A stretch of DNA of 64,000 nt from Ginglymostoma cirratum (taxonomy: Eukaryota): positions 5,669,489 to 5,733,488 of the forward strand of contig JAHRHZ010000095.1 in assembly GCA_024137785.1 (NCBI GenBank), in the 5' to 3' direction. This document shows positions 1 through 13,917 of this stretch, in pieces. Position 1 is the stretch's first letter, and each line of letters begins with the position of its first letter. The notes beneath the pieces were generated by a model. The model ran no database searches, had not been told where the DNA came from, and was given only the letters and a program-made list of their open reading frames with translations. A program made the position numbers and the translations under genes.

Positions 1-1210
1 ACTTATCTCCACTTGGAGAGGCAAGGCTTGACCAGGGATAGTCAGCATGGCTTTGGCAGAGGCAGGTCTCGCCTTACAAATTGGATTGAATTTTTTGAGA
101 AAGTGACTGGGCATGTAGTTGAGGGCAATGCAGTTGACGTAGTTTGTATGGATTTCAGTAAAACCTTTGACAGGGTCCCACATAGGAGACTTAGCAAGGC
201 GGAAAATGCAGGGTAATTTGATAAAGTGGATTCAAACTTGGCTCAGTTGCAGGAGATAGAGGGTGATGACTGAAGCCTGTTTTAGTGACTGGAAACCAGT
301 GTCCAGTGGCGTACCACAGGGGTCCGTGCTGGGTCTCCTGTTTTTCATCATTTATATAAATGACATAGGAGACTGTGTGGGGAGTTGGATTAGTAAGTTT
401 GTGGATGACACAAAAATTAGTTGGGTGGTTAACAGTGAGGTTGAGTCTCTTGGGCTACAAGAAGATATAAACAGAACGGTCAAATGGGCAGATAAGTGGC
501 AGATGGAATTTAACCCTGAAATGTGTGAGGTGGTACACTTTCGAAGGAGTGATTGGACAAGAAAGTATTCAATGAACAGCCTGACCCTGCCAAATTCTGT
601 GGGGCAAAAGGACCTTGGATCGTTTGTCCATAGATCTGTGAAGGTGGAAGGGCATGTTAGTAGGGTGGTAAAAAAGGCATATGGGGTACTTCCCTTTATG
701 AATCAAGGCATAGATTACAAAAGCAAGGTAGTCGCGTTGGGGCTGTACAGAACTTTGGTGAGTCCACGGCTGGAGTACTGTGTACAGTTCTAGTCATCAC
801 CTCACAGGAAGGATGTGATTGCGCTGGAGAGGGTGCAGAGGTGATTCACCAGGATGGGATGGAAAATTGAAGAGATGAGGAAAGGCTGGATAGGCTTGGG
901 TTGTTTTCATTGGAGCAGAGAAGACTGGAGGGCGATCTGATTAAAGTGTACAATATTATGAGGGGCATGGACAGAGCTGAGTTGAAGGGTCAGTCATGAG
1001 GAGACACAGGTTCAAGGTTAGGGGCAAGAGGTTGAGAGGGAGGTAAGAATAATCTCTTTTATTCAGAGAGTGGTGACGGTCTGGAATGTGCTGCCTGGGA
1101 GGGTGGTAGAGTCGATTTGCCTCAGATTCTTTAAGAAGTACCTGGATGAGCACTTAGCAAGTCATAACGTTCAAGGCTGCAGGCCAAGTGCTGGTAACTG
1201 GGATTAGGTT
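1..1210 (+). mobile_element. CR1-clade LINE, 3' fragment (RT domain to 3' end), degenerate
   Basis: QHGF...DFSKTFDRVPH, SGVPQGSVLG, FVDDTK, RPRLEYCVQF-like motifs with stops and frameshifts. Confidence 0.92.
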
Positions 1211-1289
1211 GAAGGTCAGTTTTCACATGTCAGGTCAGATGTGTGTGTGTGTGTGTGTGTAATATAAAGTGTGTAATATAAATAAAATT

Positions 1290-1900
1290 CCATTCAATGC
1301 CTGCTATAACGGGCTTCACCTCATTTCCAGGCAGTGCATTACAGACCTTAAATACTCACTGCGTGAAAAAGTTTCCCTTCCCACTACACCCTTGCTTCCT
1401 TTGCCGATCACTTTAAATTTGTAACCTCTCATTCCTTTTATGAGTGGGAACAGTTTCTCCCTATCTACTTGGGTCCAGCTCGCGGATGACTTTGAAACAC
1501 TCTATCAGATCACCTCTTAACTTCCTTCTCTCCGGGGAGAACAGCCCCAACTTCTGCAATCTATCCTCATGAGTGAAGTTCCTTGTCCCTTAGACCATTC
1601 TCATAAACTGTCTCTGCACTCTCTGCAATATGTTCACATCCTTCTTATAGTGTAGCCCTCAGAACTGTACACAGTACTCCAGCTGAGGTCTAACAAATGT
1701 CTTATACAAGTTCAGCATTGCCTCTTGCTCCCATACTCTCTGCCCCTCTTAATAAAGCTCAGGACTGTACACGCTTTACTTACTGTTCTCTTCAGCTGTC
1801 CTGTCACCTTCAGTTACCTCTGCTCCTGCCTCCCCATTCAATTTGTACACCCTATTTTGTACTGTCTTTCCATGTTCTTCCTAACAAAATGCCTTGCCTC
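1290..1900 (-). mobile_element. CR1 LINE 3' fragment, degenerate
   Basis: Reverse complement of the LEYCVQFW region (cagaactgtacacagtactccagctgaggtctaac) and CR1 3' coding tail. Confidence 0.8.
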
Positions 1901-2367
1901 ACTTCACTGTACAAATCAGGAGTGTGTTCTTCATTCTCTTCTGTGTCGCCAATTTAAAAGAAGTCTGAGTATGTTGGCAATGTTGACTGGACTTATGGCA
2001 ATCTTCTAGTTCCTGCAAGAGATGATGGGGGTTCTGTCGTCCTAAAACAGCAGTCCAGGTGGTGTTTTAACTTTTTTCACAGGATGGAAAGAATGAGTCT
2101 TGAAAGAAATTGGTGTTAATCGTGTTTTTACTGGAGTTTTTGAACATTATTTGTCTTGGTGGGCCTTGAACTTGTGATCTCTCAGTTGTGAGTCTGCTAT
2201 GGTAATTATGATATCACTGCACCCTGTCATTACTACTTCCTATTGGCTGAGTTCCATTGCAGTTGTACAGTCTGAAGCTTTTACAACCGAGTGTTTCAGC
2301 ATTAAATCAACCTGTTTTTTCCTAAAAAAGAAGAAAAATCAGTGTTGAATAAACAAGTTATTTGATG

Positions 2368-2540
2368 CTGCATGTTATGTCTGTGCAAGCTGCATGTTAT
2401 GGTCCGTGTAAACTGCATGTTACGTCCGTGTAAACCGCATGTTATATTCTGTGCAAACTGCATGTCATGGTCCGTGCAAGCCTCATGTTATGGTCCATGT
2501 AAACTGCATGTTACGGTCTGTACAAACTGCATGTTATAGT
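2368..2540 (+). repeat. 22-23 bp minisatellite, ~7.5 copies (ctgcatgttatggtccgtgtaaa)
   Basis: Units read directly from the sequence; six contain perfect TGCATG. Confidence 0.92.
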
Positions 2541-3082
2541 GTGTGGCCCAGTTTTCAAGCTCTTTGCATTCCTTATGATGAAGTCATTATCTTTTAGACA
2601 GACTCATGAACAGGGAGTGGAGCAATAGGGAATATGCACAGATGGGTGGGATTCGTTTAGAATGATGCCATGGTTGGCGCAGACATGGTGGGCAGATATC
2701 TTGTGCTGTACTGTTCTGTGTTTTTCTGGGAATTTGCAGTGCACACGTTGGCAGAGACGCTTTTGTCATTGCGACATTGACAGTACTGTGTGCTGCATCG
2801 GCTGTAACATGCCTTAGGACACCCAGTGGTCATGAAGGGCACTATATCAATGCAAATCTTTATTTTATCTTGGCTGTAGTATGTTTGAGAGCTCAACACA
2901 CAGTCATTGGCATCAGATCAAGTCGCTTTTTCGTTCTTTTCTGGCCTTTTCTCGTAGCTGTGAAACATGGTCATTGTTGTCCTTGATTTTCATCAAGTTA
3001 CTGGATCAATTAGCCTTGATGAATTCCAAAAATATGTCATACCGTCCACATTTAAAACATATTTCGTTTTGTTTGGGCGTGC

Positions 3083-3253
3083 NNNNNNNNNNNNNNNNNN
3101 NNNNNNNNNNNNNNNNNNNNNNNNNNNNNNNNNNNNNNNNNNNNNNNNNNNNNNNNNNNNNNNNNNNNNNNNNNNNNNNNNNNNNNNNNNNNNNNNNNNN
3201 NNNNNNNNNNNNNNNNNNNNNNNNNNNNNNNNNNNNNNNNNNNNNNNNNNNNN
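3083..3253. other. Assembly gap
   Basis: Run of N. Confidence 0.99.
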
Positions 3254-5759
3254 NATATTTTCATGGCTACATTCACTTCAGCATTTTGCTTCCAATTTCA
3301 GTATCTTTTCTTGGATAAACTCTGAGCGTATGTTGGCATGTGACTTCTTACAGCTAGGAACAGTGGCTTTCCCATGCTCTGATTAACAACCCTCTTGTTT
3401 TTAGTGAGTTGCTCCTTTATACCATACAGAGCAGAACTCCTTGTTCTCACACCCCTGATTTATGGTCTACTAGTCTTTGACACACTTTACACTGACCCTG
3501 CTGGTTCTTCATTTCTCCCGGAATTTGCATTCTGCAAGGCTGGATTGGACACAGAATGCTAATGCTACTCTGTCAACTATTTCATGAGTTAAGCTGCATT
3601 CTTGACTCTGTGAGAATGATTTGATTGCTCAGCTTCTTTTTGCTTCTCCCTGACACTTCAGAACCTTCCAGAGAGCGCATCGAGTAAAGTTATGCAGTCC
3701 TGTGAAGCACCAGGCAAACTCCACATGAATGTGATATCTGCTGGCTCAGCAGTTTTTCCGCCCTTCACTGAGCTTTGGTTTCCTTGTTGTAAACCAGTGG
3801 GCCTGCACTGAGCAGCTCGAGTGTGAGGCGGGTGTTGTTCACCAGTTCATTGCCCTGTTTCCTCTCTGATCCTGTGATGGCGGGATCACAGAGCACTGTC
3901 ACAAACAGAGATGTGGCTGTGTTGCTTGTCTGTGAACATTTGGAGCACCTCCCTGTCCTCCAGATTCCAATTTCCACGGGCAAGCATCGACACACTGAGT
4001 ATTTTACCATTTTCAGACACTATTCCATTTTTCTGAGCACTCACTAAACAGTTTGGGCCACTGAGAGTCATGGTGTAGGGATATCACTCTCATTTGGGCT
4101 ATTTCAGTTCAGGTTAGGTGGATTGGCCGTGCTAAATTGTTCAAAGTGTCCAGGGATGTGCAGGCTGGGTGGATTAGCTGACTGTAAGAGAGTATATGCT
4201 GCACTTGATGTACATAACAAACAATGCATTTTTCTTTTATTTGTAATCTAACCAGATCCTTTATGATGTAAATTTACAAATGGGCGCCTACCTATTAACT
4301 TTCTAAAATAAATTCGACACATTGAAACAGCCTCTGTTTTAATCCAGAAAGCGTACTGCAGCGCCATCACTGTTGGGAGGGTGTAAGTATAGTGTAAATT
4401 ACTCAGGCAATTTTCATTATAAATGCGAGTATAGGATTCTTTTTATACATTATGCTTGTGACTGGGCAGCTCTGACAAGGCAGTACTTATTGCCTCTTAC
4501 TTGGAAGGAATTCAGTCAGTTACAGGGGCAGAATTTCAGAGTTAGTAATGCTAGTTGTTAGTCAGTAAATGAGTGCATCGGTGTCAGAGCAGAGCTGATG
4601 CACTGAAAATTGTGATTGTTCAAAAGTTTCTGTCTGTGTTGTGCCACTTCATTGTTAGCCTCATAAAAACCACATCTGGCCCCGAGCCTTCCTATTTGTT
4701 TTAGGAAATATATTTGCCAATTTATTGCTTATTAATCCCATCATACAGTTAAGATTTACACAAGTACCCTTTCAATAATTAATGTTAATGGCTGGCAATT
4801 AACCTTTTAATTTCTGTAGCTGTGGCGTTTTATTCCTTCAGGTTTTAAACTTCTAATGGAGATTGTTCAAACTAGGTTTGGTTTTCTATCTGTTTTTCCT
4901 TTATCCCACTTAATCACATTTCTCTTTCTGTCTCTTTATTTCCCTTTCTGTAACTGACTCAACATTGAATTCGCTCCCTTTAGTTTATCCTTTTTCAGTC
5001 CTGTCTTCTTTATTTCTCAAATTCCGAATCTGATTGTAAGGGAGATATCTTGCTGGGTTTCCCGTTTCCTTCGCTCATGTATTCTGCAGCTTACTGAGCA
5101 AGCTGAAGGGTTGAGAGCCCAGACTATCTATTGGCACAAACTATTGTGTGCCCTGCTCCTGCAACACCTGACTTACAGTCAGGCACTGGGGTCACCCAAG
5201 GGCCGAACCAGGTTGGGGTTCCTTGACAGAAATTAGTGAACCAGTGGGGCTCTATTGGTCACTTTTTGTCACTTCGTCTCAATCCACAAATTAATTTATT
5301 CACTTTGCCTGTGATGGGATTTGAATTTACCCCTAGGCTAATGTATCCCTGATAACAAAAATAGAGAAGTATTGCAAAACTGAATTATGACTCAGTTCTC
5401 CCTCAGCCCTTATCCCTGGTGGTCTCCCAAGCAGGCTTGACATCTCCCCATCTGCAATCTGGCCATTGACCAAAAGTATAGAATGGTTTTATAAAGGAAT
5501 GGAAGGGGTGATTTTGCCAAAGTGAGGACAAGAGTTTTCATTGATGGAGGAGTGGGACTGGGACTGCCTAGCGACAATATTGACAAGTGAAATGCTGCTT
5601 TTCCAACATGGTGACAGTTCAACATCCTTTACCAGTCACCGTTTGTGTTGGTTCAGGGTAAAAGATGGTGTTTGGGTGAGGGTGGGACCCATTGGCTTAT
5701 GCCAATTCTGCACCGATGCCTGTCTGGTTAAACAGTGGGAATTTACCAACTAACCCTCT

Positions 5760-8700
5760 GCTATTGCTGTTCAAGTTCTTTCAAATAGTTTCAAATGTTT
5801 TTCTCGTGATAACAATTAAATTAACTGGCTTGTAGTTTCTTGCTCTCTGTTTATTTGGTAAAGAGTTACATTCACTAATGGAACCTTCTTTGAGTCTAGA
5901 GAATTTCAGAAAATTAGAACCAACTCATCAGTATCTCAATAGCCACTTATTTTAAGACTTTAGGATGAAGTCCATTAGGATCTGGAGACCTGATAGCCTG
6001 CAGCTCCGACTATTTTCTCAGTCCCTCTTCCCCAGTGATAATGATTTTGTTTCATTTCCTCCCTCCCATTTCATGATTTAACAATATTTTTGGGCTGTTA
6101 CATATGTACAATATTTTTACATTAATGACTTCAATGAGGAAATTGGATGTACACAAAAATAGGTGGGAAGACAAGTGGTGAGGATGACACAGAACCTGCA
6201 GGGGGATAGGACGGGTTCAGTGAGCGGGCAGAATCTCAACAGATGGAATATAACGTGGGGAAATGCTTAAGTTTTGGATTTTGGCTGAAAGAGGAGAGGA
6301 GCTGAATATTACTCGAATGGAGAAAGACTGCAGAACAGGGATTTGAGAGTCCTGGTCCATTAATCACAAAAAGCTAACATCCAAGTTCAGCAGGTAATAA
6401 GGAAGGCCATTGGTTGTTGGCCTTTGTTTTAATGTGGATGGAACATAAGAGTGGGGAAATGTATAAAACTGTACAAGGCACTAGTCAGGCTGCAGCTTGA
6501 ATACTGTGAACAGTTTGGGCCCATTATTTAAAGAAATATATACAGGTAGTGAACGTAGTCCAATGAAGGTTCACTAGACTGTTACCAGGTATGGAGAGAC
6601 TGTCTTATGAGGATAAAAGATTTACAAGGATGTTGTGGGACTGGAGGGTTTGAGCTCTAGAGAGAGGCTGGATAGGCTGGGGCTTTTTTCCCTGGAGTGT
6701 CGGAGGCTCAGGGGTGAGCTTATAGGGGTTTATAAAATCATGAGGGGCATGGATATGGTGAATAGCCAAGGTCTTTTTCTAGGATCAGGGAATCCAAAAC
6801 TGGAGGGGATAGGTTTAAGATGAGAGGGGAAAGATTTAAAAGGGACCTGAGGATTAACTTTTTCACGCAGAGAGTGGTGCGTGTTTGGAATGAACTGCCA
6901 GAGGAAGGCGTGGAGGCTGGCACAATTACAAGATTCAAGATGCAGGTGGATAGGTTTAGAGGGATATGGGCCGTATGCTGGTAAATGGGACTAGGTCAGA
7001 TTGGATGTCTGATGGGTCTGTTTCCATGCTTTATGGCTGTGAGAGGTTGAGTAGATTGGGTCTGTACTTGTTGGAATACAGAAGAATAGGAGGTAACCTT
7101 ACTGAAACATATACAGAACTGAGGTTGACAGGGTGAGGAGCATTAATTTCCTCAGAGTGACGATAACTAACAACCTGTCCTGGACTTCCCACGTAGATGC
7201 GACAGTCAAGAAGGCACAACGATCCCTCTTCTTCCTCAGGTGGCTCAGGAAATTTGACATGTCCATAAGGTCCCTCACCAAGTTCTACAGATGCACTATT
7301 TAAATCAGTTCCGAGGAAGGGTCACTGGACCCAAAACGTTAACTCTGATATTTTCTACACAGATGCTGCCAGACCTGCTGAGCTTTTCCAGCAACTTCTG
7401 TTTTCGTTCCTGATTTACAACATCGGCAGTTCTTTTGGTTTTTATTGAAAGCATACTGTCTGGGTACGTAACGGCCTGGTGTGGCAACTGCTCTGCCCAG
7501 GACCGTAACAAACTACAGAAGGTGATGTCCACAGCCCAGACGATCACAGAAGCCAACCTTCCATCCATGGACTCCATTTACACGGCTTGCTGCTGTGGGA
7601 AGGCGGCCAACACCATCAAAGACCCATCGCACCCCGGTAATGATCTCCTACAACCTCTTCCATCAGGCGGAAGATACAGAAGCCTGAACACAGTGCACAA
7701 GCAGGTTCTGGAACAGCTTCTTTCTTGCCATTATCAGACTGTGGAATGGACTGTAGCCTCAAATAATATAGCCTGCAATGTAATCTGTATGCCTCTAACT
7801 CTTTTTGATTTGTACATCCGTTGCTTGCTGTGATCTGCCTGTACCCGCTCGTAAACAAAGCTTTTCACTGTATTTCAGTACACGTGACAATAAAATTAAT
7901 CCAGAGAAACCAAATGTTCTGGAGACCTGGGTTCCAATCCTGCCATGGTAGATGGTGGAATTTGGGCTTAATAAATATCTGGAATTAAGAGTCTAAAAAG
8001 ATTCTTTGGGGACTTGTGCAGTAAATATGGAAAGGCTGTTTCCTCTTGTGGTAGAGTAGGACCAGAGAGTATCACCTCAGAATAAGGGATCCCTCTTTTA
8101 AGATAAGATTGAGGATGAATTTCTCTCAGAAAGTTGTGATTCTGTGCAATTCTTTTACCGCAGTTGGCTGTCAAGGCTGGGTTGTTAAGTACATTCAGGG
8201 CTGAGATAGACCAATTTTTAGTCAGAGAATTCCAGGTTAGAGGGGAAAGGCAGGAAAGTGGCCTTGAGGATTATCATGATCTCATTGAATGGTCAAGCAG
8301 GCTCGATGGACTGAATGGCCTACTTTTCCTTCTACACCATCTAATCTGATTTGTCTTATCTTCCACAGTGAAGATGATGCAAAGTGCTTGTTTCATTCTC
8401 CATGCTCTCATTGTATAGGGACAGCTCTCACTTTGTTGACTTTTTAAAAAAAAATCTACAGTAACTGTTACTTTTTTTTTATATTTCCAGACCTCATACT
8501 CTAATTTTCCCTCTGTTTACCTTCAGTCATCCTGTGCTGGTGTGTATATTGTAGCCAGTCTCCTGACCTTGGGCATTTATAAGGTCTTTCTTCTCTTTAA
8601 CATTTCTAATTAACCATGGAGGGTGGGTCCGTCTCTTGGATCTATTCTTTCTCATTGAAATATATCTATTCCTGCATTCTAGGATATCTCCTTAAATACT

Positions 8701-8830
8701 TAAATGCTTTTCCCTTAAATATTTGTCACTGCATCTCTTCTGACCTCTTCTTTAACCTAATTTGCAAGTTCAGTTCAGCTAGCTCTGCTGTCTTGCCCTT
8801 ATTTAAGTTTAAAACACTAGTCCATTCAGT
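5760..8830. mobile_element. Nested retroelement cluster: CR1(-) / CR1(+) / CR1 3' end / Rex1-Babar / Penelope terminus / SINE
   Basis: Successive RT-tail motifs in both orientations, with interrupted elements resuming after the inserts. Confidence 0.8.
7140..7900 (+). mobile_element. Rex1/Babar-type LINE 3' end
   Basis: NNLSWTSHVDATVKKAQR...IESILSGYVTAWCGNCSAQDRNKLQKV...KDPSHPGNDLLQPLPSGGRYRSL; interrupted at ~7301-7443 by a Penelope-type terminus. Confidence 0.82.
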
Positions 8831-9478
8831 GGTCTTCTTTCTTACTATTAATGCATTGAAGTTTCCTTCTGCGCTTCCCTGTCTGGGAGGTGGTGAGAAC
8901 TAGTTGGGACGGAGGGTTCTGCAAACCACAATATGACTGCCTCCAGCTGAGGTTGATGAATGACTACAGACGAATCTTTATCTTGCGTTTTTTTCTTATA
9001 AAGGATGTTGGTTTTATTAAACATCCCTAATTGCCCTTGAGCTAGGAGAAGACAGTTTAAAACGTTAACTGCATTGCTGTGGATCTGGAATCTCACATAG
9101 ACCAGACCAGGCAAGGATGGCAGATTATCTTCCCTGAAGGACATCAGTGAACCAGCTTGATTTTTATAGCAAGCATGGTAATTACATGGCACCATTACTG
9201 AGACTAGTTTTACATTCCAGATTTAGTACTCATTGCATTTATATTCCACCAGCTATCAGGTTATGATTTAAACCAGGTTCTCAAGGCGGTGATGTCTGAG
9301 ATTCTAACACGTTGAGAATCTAGCCTTTGGTTGCCATAGCGACTGCACAGTTACATGGTTTAAAAAGGACCTATTTTCATTTGACTTTTAAATCAAAGGA
9401 TGAAACTTGAAGAGAGCTCTGCGTGTGTCTGTTCAGCCTCGCCCCACTGACAATTCACTGCCCTTGTTTACTTAATGA

Positions 9479-9790
9479 GATGGTGGCTCAGTGGTTAACA
9501 CTGCTGCCTTATAGCGTCGGGGACCCAGGTTCGAATCCAGGTAGCTGTCTGTATGGAATTTGCACATTCTCCCTGTGTCTGTGTGGGTTGCCTCTGAGTG
9601 CCCCAGTTTGGCCATAGGAAATTGCTCCGTCAAGTCCAGGGATATGCAAGCTAGCTGGGTTAGCCACAGGAAATGCAGGGTTATGGGGATAGGGTGAGGG
9701 GTTGGGGTGTGGGTCTGGATGGGATGCTGTTTGGAGGATTGGTGTGGGCTGAATGGCCTGCTTCCACACTGTAGGGATTCTGTGATTCTA
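9479..9790 (+). mobile_element. HE1-like V-SINE
   Basis: tRNA-like head (tggctcagtgg...ggttcgaatcc), V-domain ctgtatggaatttgcacattctccc, CR1-like tail gtagggattctgtgattc. Confidence 0.85.
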
Positions 9791-10634
9791 AGTCATCCAG
9801 TGTGGGCATCTGCAGAAATCACTGTTTACTGCTGGAAGGCTATGACTGGACTGCAGGTGTCAGTGGGAATTCATTTGACTTTGTGGGGAAAAGATGATCT
9901 TGTAACTGGAAAACTACACTAGCTCCAGAATACAATAACTTGCCCTGAGATCATACCCCACCTTTTAAATGTTCTGCTTCTGGAGTGCAAACTTGTAATG
10001 CTACGCTTGCAACTGTTTAAAGTGACTCCAAATTAGTTTTACAAAAGTTCTTGGGAAGTCTAATGCACCCATTTCCCTCTGTCCCTCCATCCCATGCACA
10101 AACCGAGCTTTACAACATACTGACGGTGCAGACAAAGCCCAGTAATGCCTCAGGGTGCCCTCTCTCCCTGCCTCAGCGGCTCCCTCTCATTACTGAGCTC
10201 TGGAGTCAGACCAGGACCAGACACTGGAGGTCTGCAGCTTCAGTGATGAACAGAAATCAAACCACTGTAACAAGATAAATGAACGTTTACATTACCAAGT
10301 GTTATAAGCAACTACTAGGTTTCATGCACTGTATGTCGTCTAGGGGCTGGCTTTTCTGCAAGAGGGAGAAGGCTGGAGTCTCTGATGGGCAAAGGGAAGT
10401 TGTGAAAATGAGGATCCAGCCCCACCCTTGAAGGTCTTTGCCAAGTGTGCCCTATTGGCTGAACACTCGGTGCCAACCTTCTCTGCCACGGGTGGCTATA
10501 AATTAGTAGAACTATGATGGAGCGGGGACCGAGCCCACCCATTTGGCGGACACATTCATGCTGTGATGACTGAAATCATACTGACACAGCGATGGTTTTT
10601 ACTTATACTTAGGTTCCTTTTATCTTTTTTACAG

Positions 10635-10759
10635 GTGGGTGGCACCAAAACTGGAGTTGTAAAGTATGTCGGAGAGACGGATTTTGCAAAGGGCGAGTGG
10701 TGTGGAGTTGAACTGGATGAACCACTGGGAAAAAATGATGGCGCTGTCGCTGGCACAAG
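10635..10759 (+). CDS. CLIP2: CLIP2 coding exon (second CAP-Gly domain, N-part)
   Basis: Acceptor ttttttacag; translates [41 protein letters not shown](R) with the CAP-Gly GKNDG motif; donor AG|gttata; 125 nt, phase 0->2. Confidence 0.96.
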
Positions 10760-11040
10760 GTTATAATACCCCTTATTAACCTCACAGCTCGCATGAGTGG
10801 CTAAGTTGTGTCTTTGGCATTACCCAGGTGCCCCTGCCCCACCCCCCAAAACAATCCCCACCATCCTCCTTGCTGCCCGGTGAAGTGTCTGATTGCTGGG
10901 TGGTCACCAACTCCTGAATGGGACCCTCCATTGAATTCTAACCAAAGGCTTCATTTACATTTGAATTTTGTTACTCTTCACATGCAACTAAAACTGGAGT
11001 GTGCAATTATTAAGTTAGAAAAGAAGTGTCCCATTTCAGA

Positions 11041-11345
11041 GGGCGTGGTGGCTCAGTGGTTAGCGCAGGGACCCGGGTTCGATTCCACCCTTGGGTGACT
11101 GCCTGTGTGGAGTTTGCACATTCTCCTTGTGTCTGTGTGGGTTTCCTCCCACAGTCCAAAAATGTGCAGTTTAGGTGGAATCGCCATGGGAAATTGCCCA
11201 TAGAGTCCAGGGTTGTGCAGGCTGGCTGGGTGAGCCATGGGAAATGCAGGGTTACAGTGATAGGGTAGGGGGTTAGGTCTGGGTGGGATGCTCTTCAGAG
11301 GGCCAGTGTGAACCAGGTGGCCTGCTCCCATTCTGTCGTATTCTG
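11041..11345 (+). mobile_element. HE1-like V-SINE
   Basis: A/B-box head, gtgtggagtttgcacattctcc...cctcccacagtccaaa V-domain. Confidence 0.88.
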
Positions 11346-11564
11346 TGGCAGATGACCTAGTAATTAAGGTCTGCTTGATCAAAAAGCGAGTGATAGATCC
11401 TATAACACACCTGTTATAAATAGGATCACATTTTCTTTTTCATGCCGTTGGGCCTGCCTGAGGAGGACACTGGATGGATAGATAACGGAGAAAAGAACAG
11501 GATAATGTGGAAGGCAATTCATCTCAAGCATAAACAATAGCAGAGGCCAGTTTGATTGAAGAGC

Positions 11565-13185
11565 CATAAAGTTATAGATCTGTACAGCGCGGGAACAGAC
11601 CCTTCGGTCCAACTCGTCCATGCCTTCCAGATATCTGAAATTAAACTAGTCCCATTTTCCGGCATTTGGCCCATATCCCTCTAAACCCTTCCTTTTCACA
11701 TACCCATCCAGATGTCTTTTAAATGTTGTAATCGTACTGGTCTCCACCTCTTCCTCTGGCAGCTCATTCCATATACGCACCACTTTCTGCATGAAAAAGT
11801 TGCCCCTTAGGTCCATTTTATATCTTTCCCTTCTCACCTTAAACCTATACCCTCTAGTTTTGGACTCCATCACCCCGAAGAAAAGACCTGGCTTGCTTAC
11901 CCTATCATGCCCCTCGTGATTTTATAAATCTCTTTAAGGTCCCAGCCTTTTCAGCCTGTCCCTGTAGCTTAAACCCTCCCAACTCTAGCAACATCCTTGT
12001 AAATCTTTTCTGAACCCTTTCAAGTTTAACAACATCCTTCCTATAGCAGGAATTGCACACAGTATTCCAAATGTGGCCTAAGCAATGTCCTGTACAGCTG
12101 CAACATGACCTCTCAACTCCTATACAAACATACCAAACGCTGCCTTCACCACCCTGCCTATCTGCAACTCCACTTTCAAGGAACTATGAACCTGCACTCC
12201 AAGGTCTCTTTGTTCAGCAACACTCCTCAGGACCTTACCATTAAGTGTATAAATCCTGCCCTGAATTGCCTTTCCAAAACGCAGCACCTCACATTTATCT
12301 TAATTAAAATCCATCTGCCACTCCTCAGTCCATTGGCCCATCTGATCAAGATCCTGTTGTATCTTTGCTGCCCACTACACCTCCAGTTTTAGTGTCATCT
12401 GCAAATTTACTAACCATACCTCCTATGTTCACCTCCAGATTGTTTATATAAATGATGAAAAGCAGTGGACCCAGCACTGATTCTTGTGACACACCACTGG
12501 TCACAGGCCTCCAATCTGAAAAGCAACCCTCCACCACCACCCTCTGTCTTCTACCTTCTAGCCAGTTCTGAATCCAAATAGCTTGTTCTTCCTGTATTCC
12601 ATATGATCTAACCTTGCTAACCAGTCTACCATGCGGAACATTGTCGAACGCCTTACTGAAGTCTGTATAGATCACATCCACTGCTCTGCTCTCATTAATC
12701 CGTTTCAGTACTTCTTCAAAAAACTCTATTAAGTTAATGAGACACAACCTCCCATACACTAAGCCTGAATCAGTCCTTGCCTTTCCAAATACATGTAAAT
12801 ACATGTCCCTCAGGATTCCCTCTAACAACTTGTCCACTACCGATGTCAGGCTCACCGGTCTATAGTTCCCTGGCTTTTCCTTACCGCCTTTCTTAAATAG
12901 TGGCACCATGTTAGCAGAGCTCCAGTCTTCTGACACCTCACCTGTGGCTATCGATGATACAAATATCTCAGCAAGGGGCCCGCCAACCATTTCCCACGGA
13001 GTTATAGGGAACACCTGATCAGGTCCTGGGGATTTATCCACCTTTATGCAATTTAAGCTGTCCAGCACCACTACCTCTGTGATATGGACATTTTTCAAGA
13101 TGTGGCTGTTTATTTCCCCACGTTCTATATCTTCCATATCCTTCACCACAGTAAACACAGATGCAAAATATTAATTTAGTATATT
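11565..13185 (-). mobile_element. CR1 (HER1-like) LINE, ~1.6 kb 5'-truncated
   Basis: ORF 12346..13158 with KSPGPD, PGNYRPVSLTSVV, DFSKAFD, FADDTK; 3' tail near 11565. Confidence 0.93.
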
Positions 13186-13917
13186 TGAATTCTTGAATTC
13201 TTTTTAATAATTTGACCCATTATATTCCAACCTGTCTCCCATTATTGAGATCTGCCACTCGGTTCGTTTTGCTGAAGGTTTAATTTCGTAAAGGTCAAAT
13301 TGCTTTGTTAATCTCGGAAGCATTTTAATTTCACAAGTTAGTCAAGGCTCCACTGCTCCCCTGAACCTCAGCTCCACCTTCAAGTTGAACTCCAGCATCC
13401 AGTTCGTGTTGATACCAGAAAAATGACACCCAAGTCAAGGCTGATCGTTGAGTTTTCTACTCGGAACCTGCTCATCTCCAAGGAAGTGTTCGTTGGACCA
13501 TTTACACTTTGTTGGAGCTTGTGACCTGTGAAATGATTGCTGAGTGACTTATCTGTTTCCTAATGGATCGCCTTCCTGATTCAAGGGTGGGGAGCAACTT
13601 TCTGTGTGCCTTACTTCTCAGGAGGCCAGGTCTTTCTAAGGGATTGAAGGTGTGTAATGGTGAAGAGATCCTTAGGAAGAGGTTGTCTATGGCTGCAATT
13701 TCCTTAGTTTTGGTCTGACGACATGTCAGTATCCCCCATGTATGACCCTACGATTCAGGTCAGGTCAGTTTCCTGGGTGCAGAATTGTTGAAATCCACTC
13801 CAGCAGCTCCTCCTCCATGTTGTCACTCCTGCGGGTGGCGAGTGCTCTCTCAAGTGCTGCACTTAACTCGGGTTCCTGACACATTTCCTCTGACCTCCTT
13901 GTTTCTGTCCGTCGCAG

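Noticed and set aside
263-793. Intact reverse transcriptase gene (also 12346-13158)
   Set aside because: Fragments of truncated CR1 copies with stops, frameshifts and deletions; not autonomous
2368-2540. CRISPR-like array
   Set aside because: Units are head-to-tail with no unique spacers, there are no cas genes and the context is a vertebrate intron; it is a minisatellite
2881-3386. ORFs spanning N runs (also 52324-52963)
   Set aside because: Artefacts of assembly gaps
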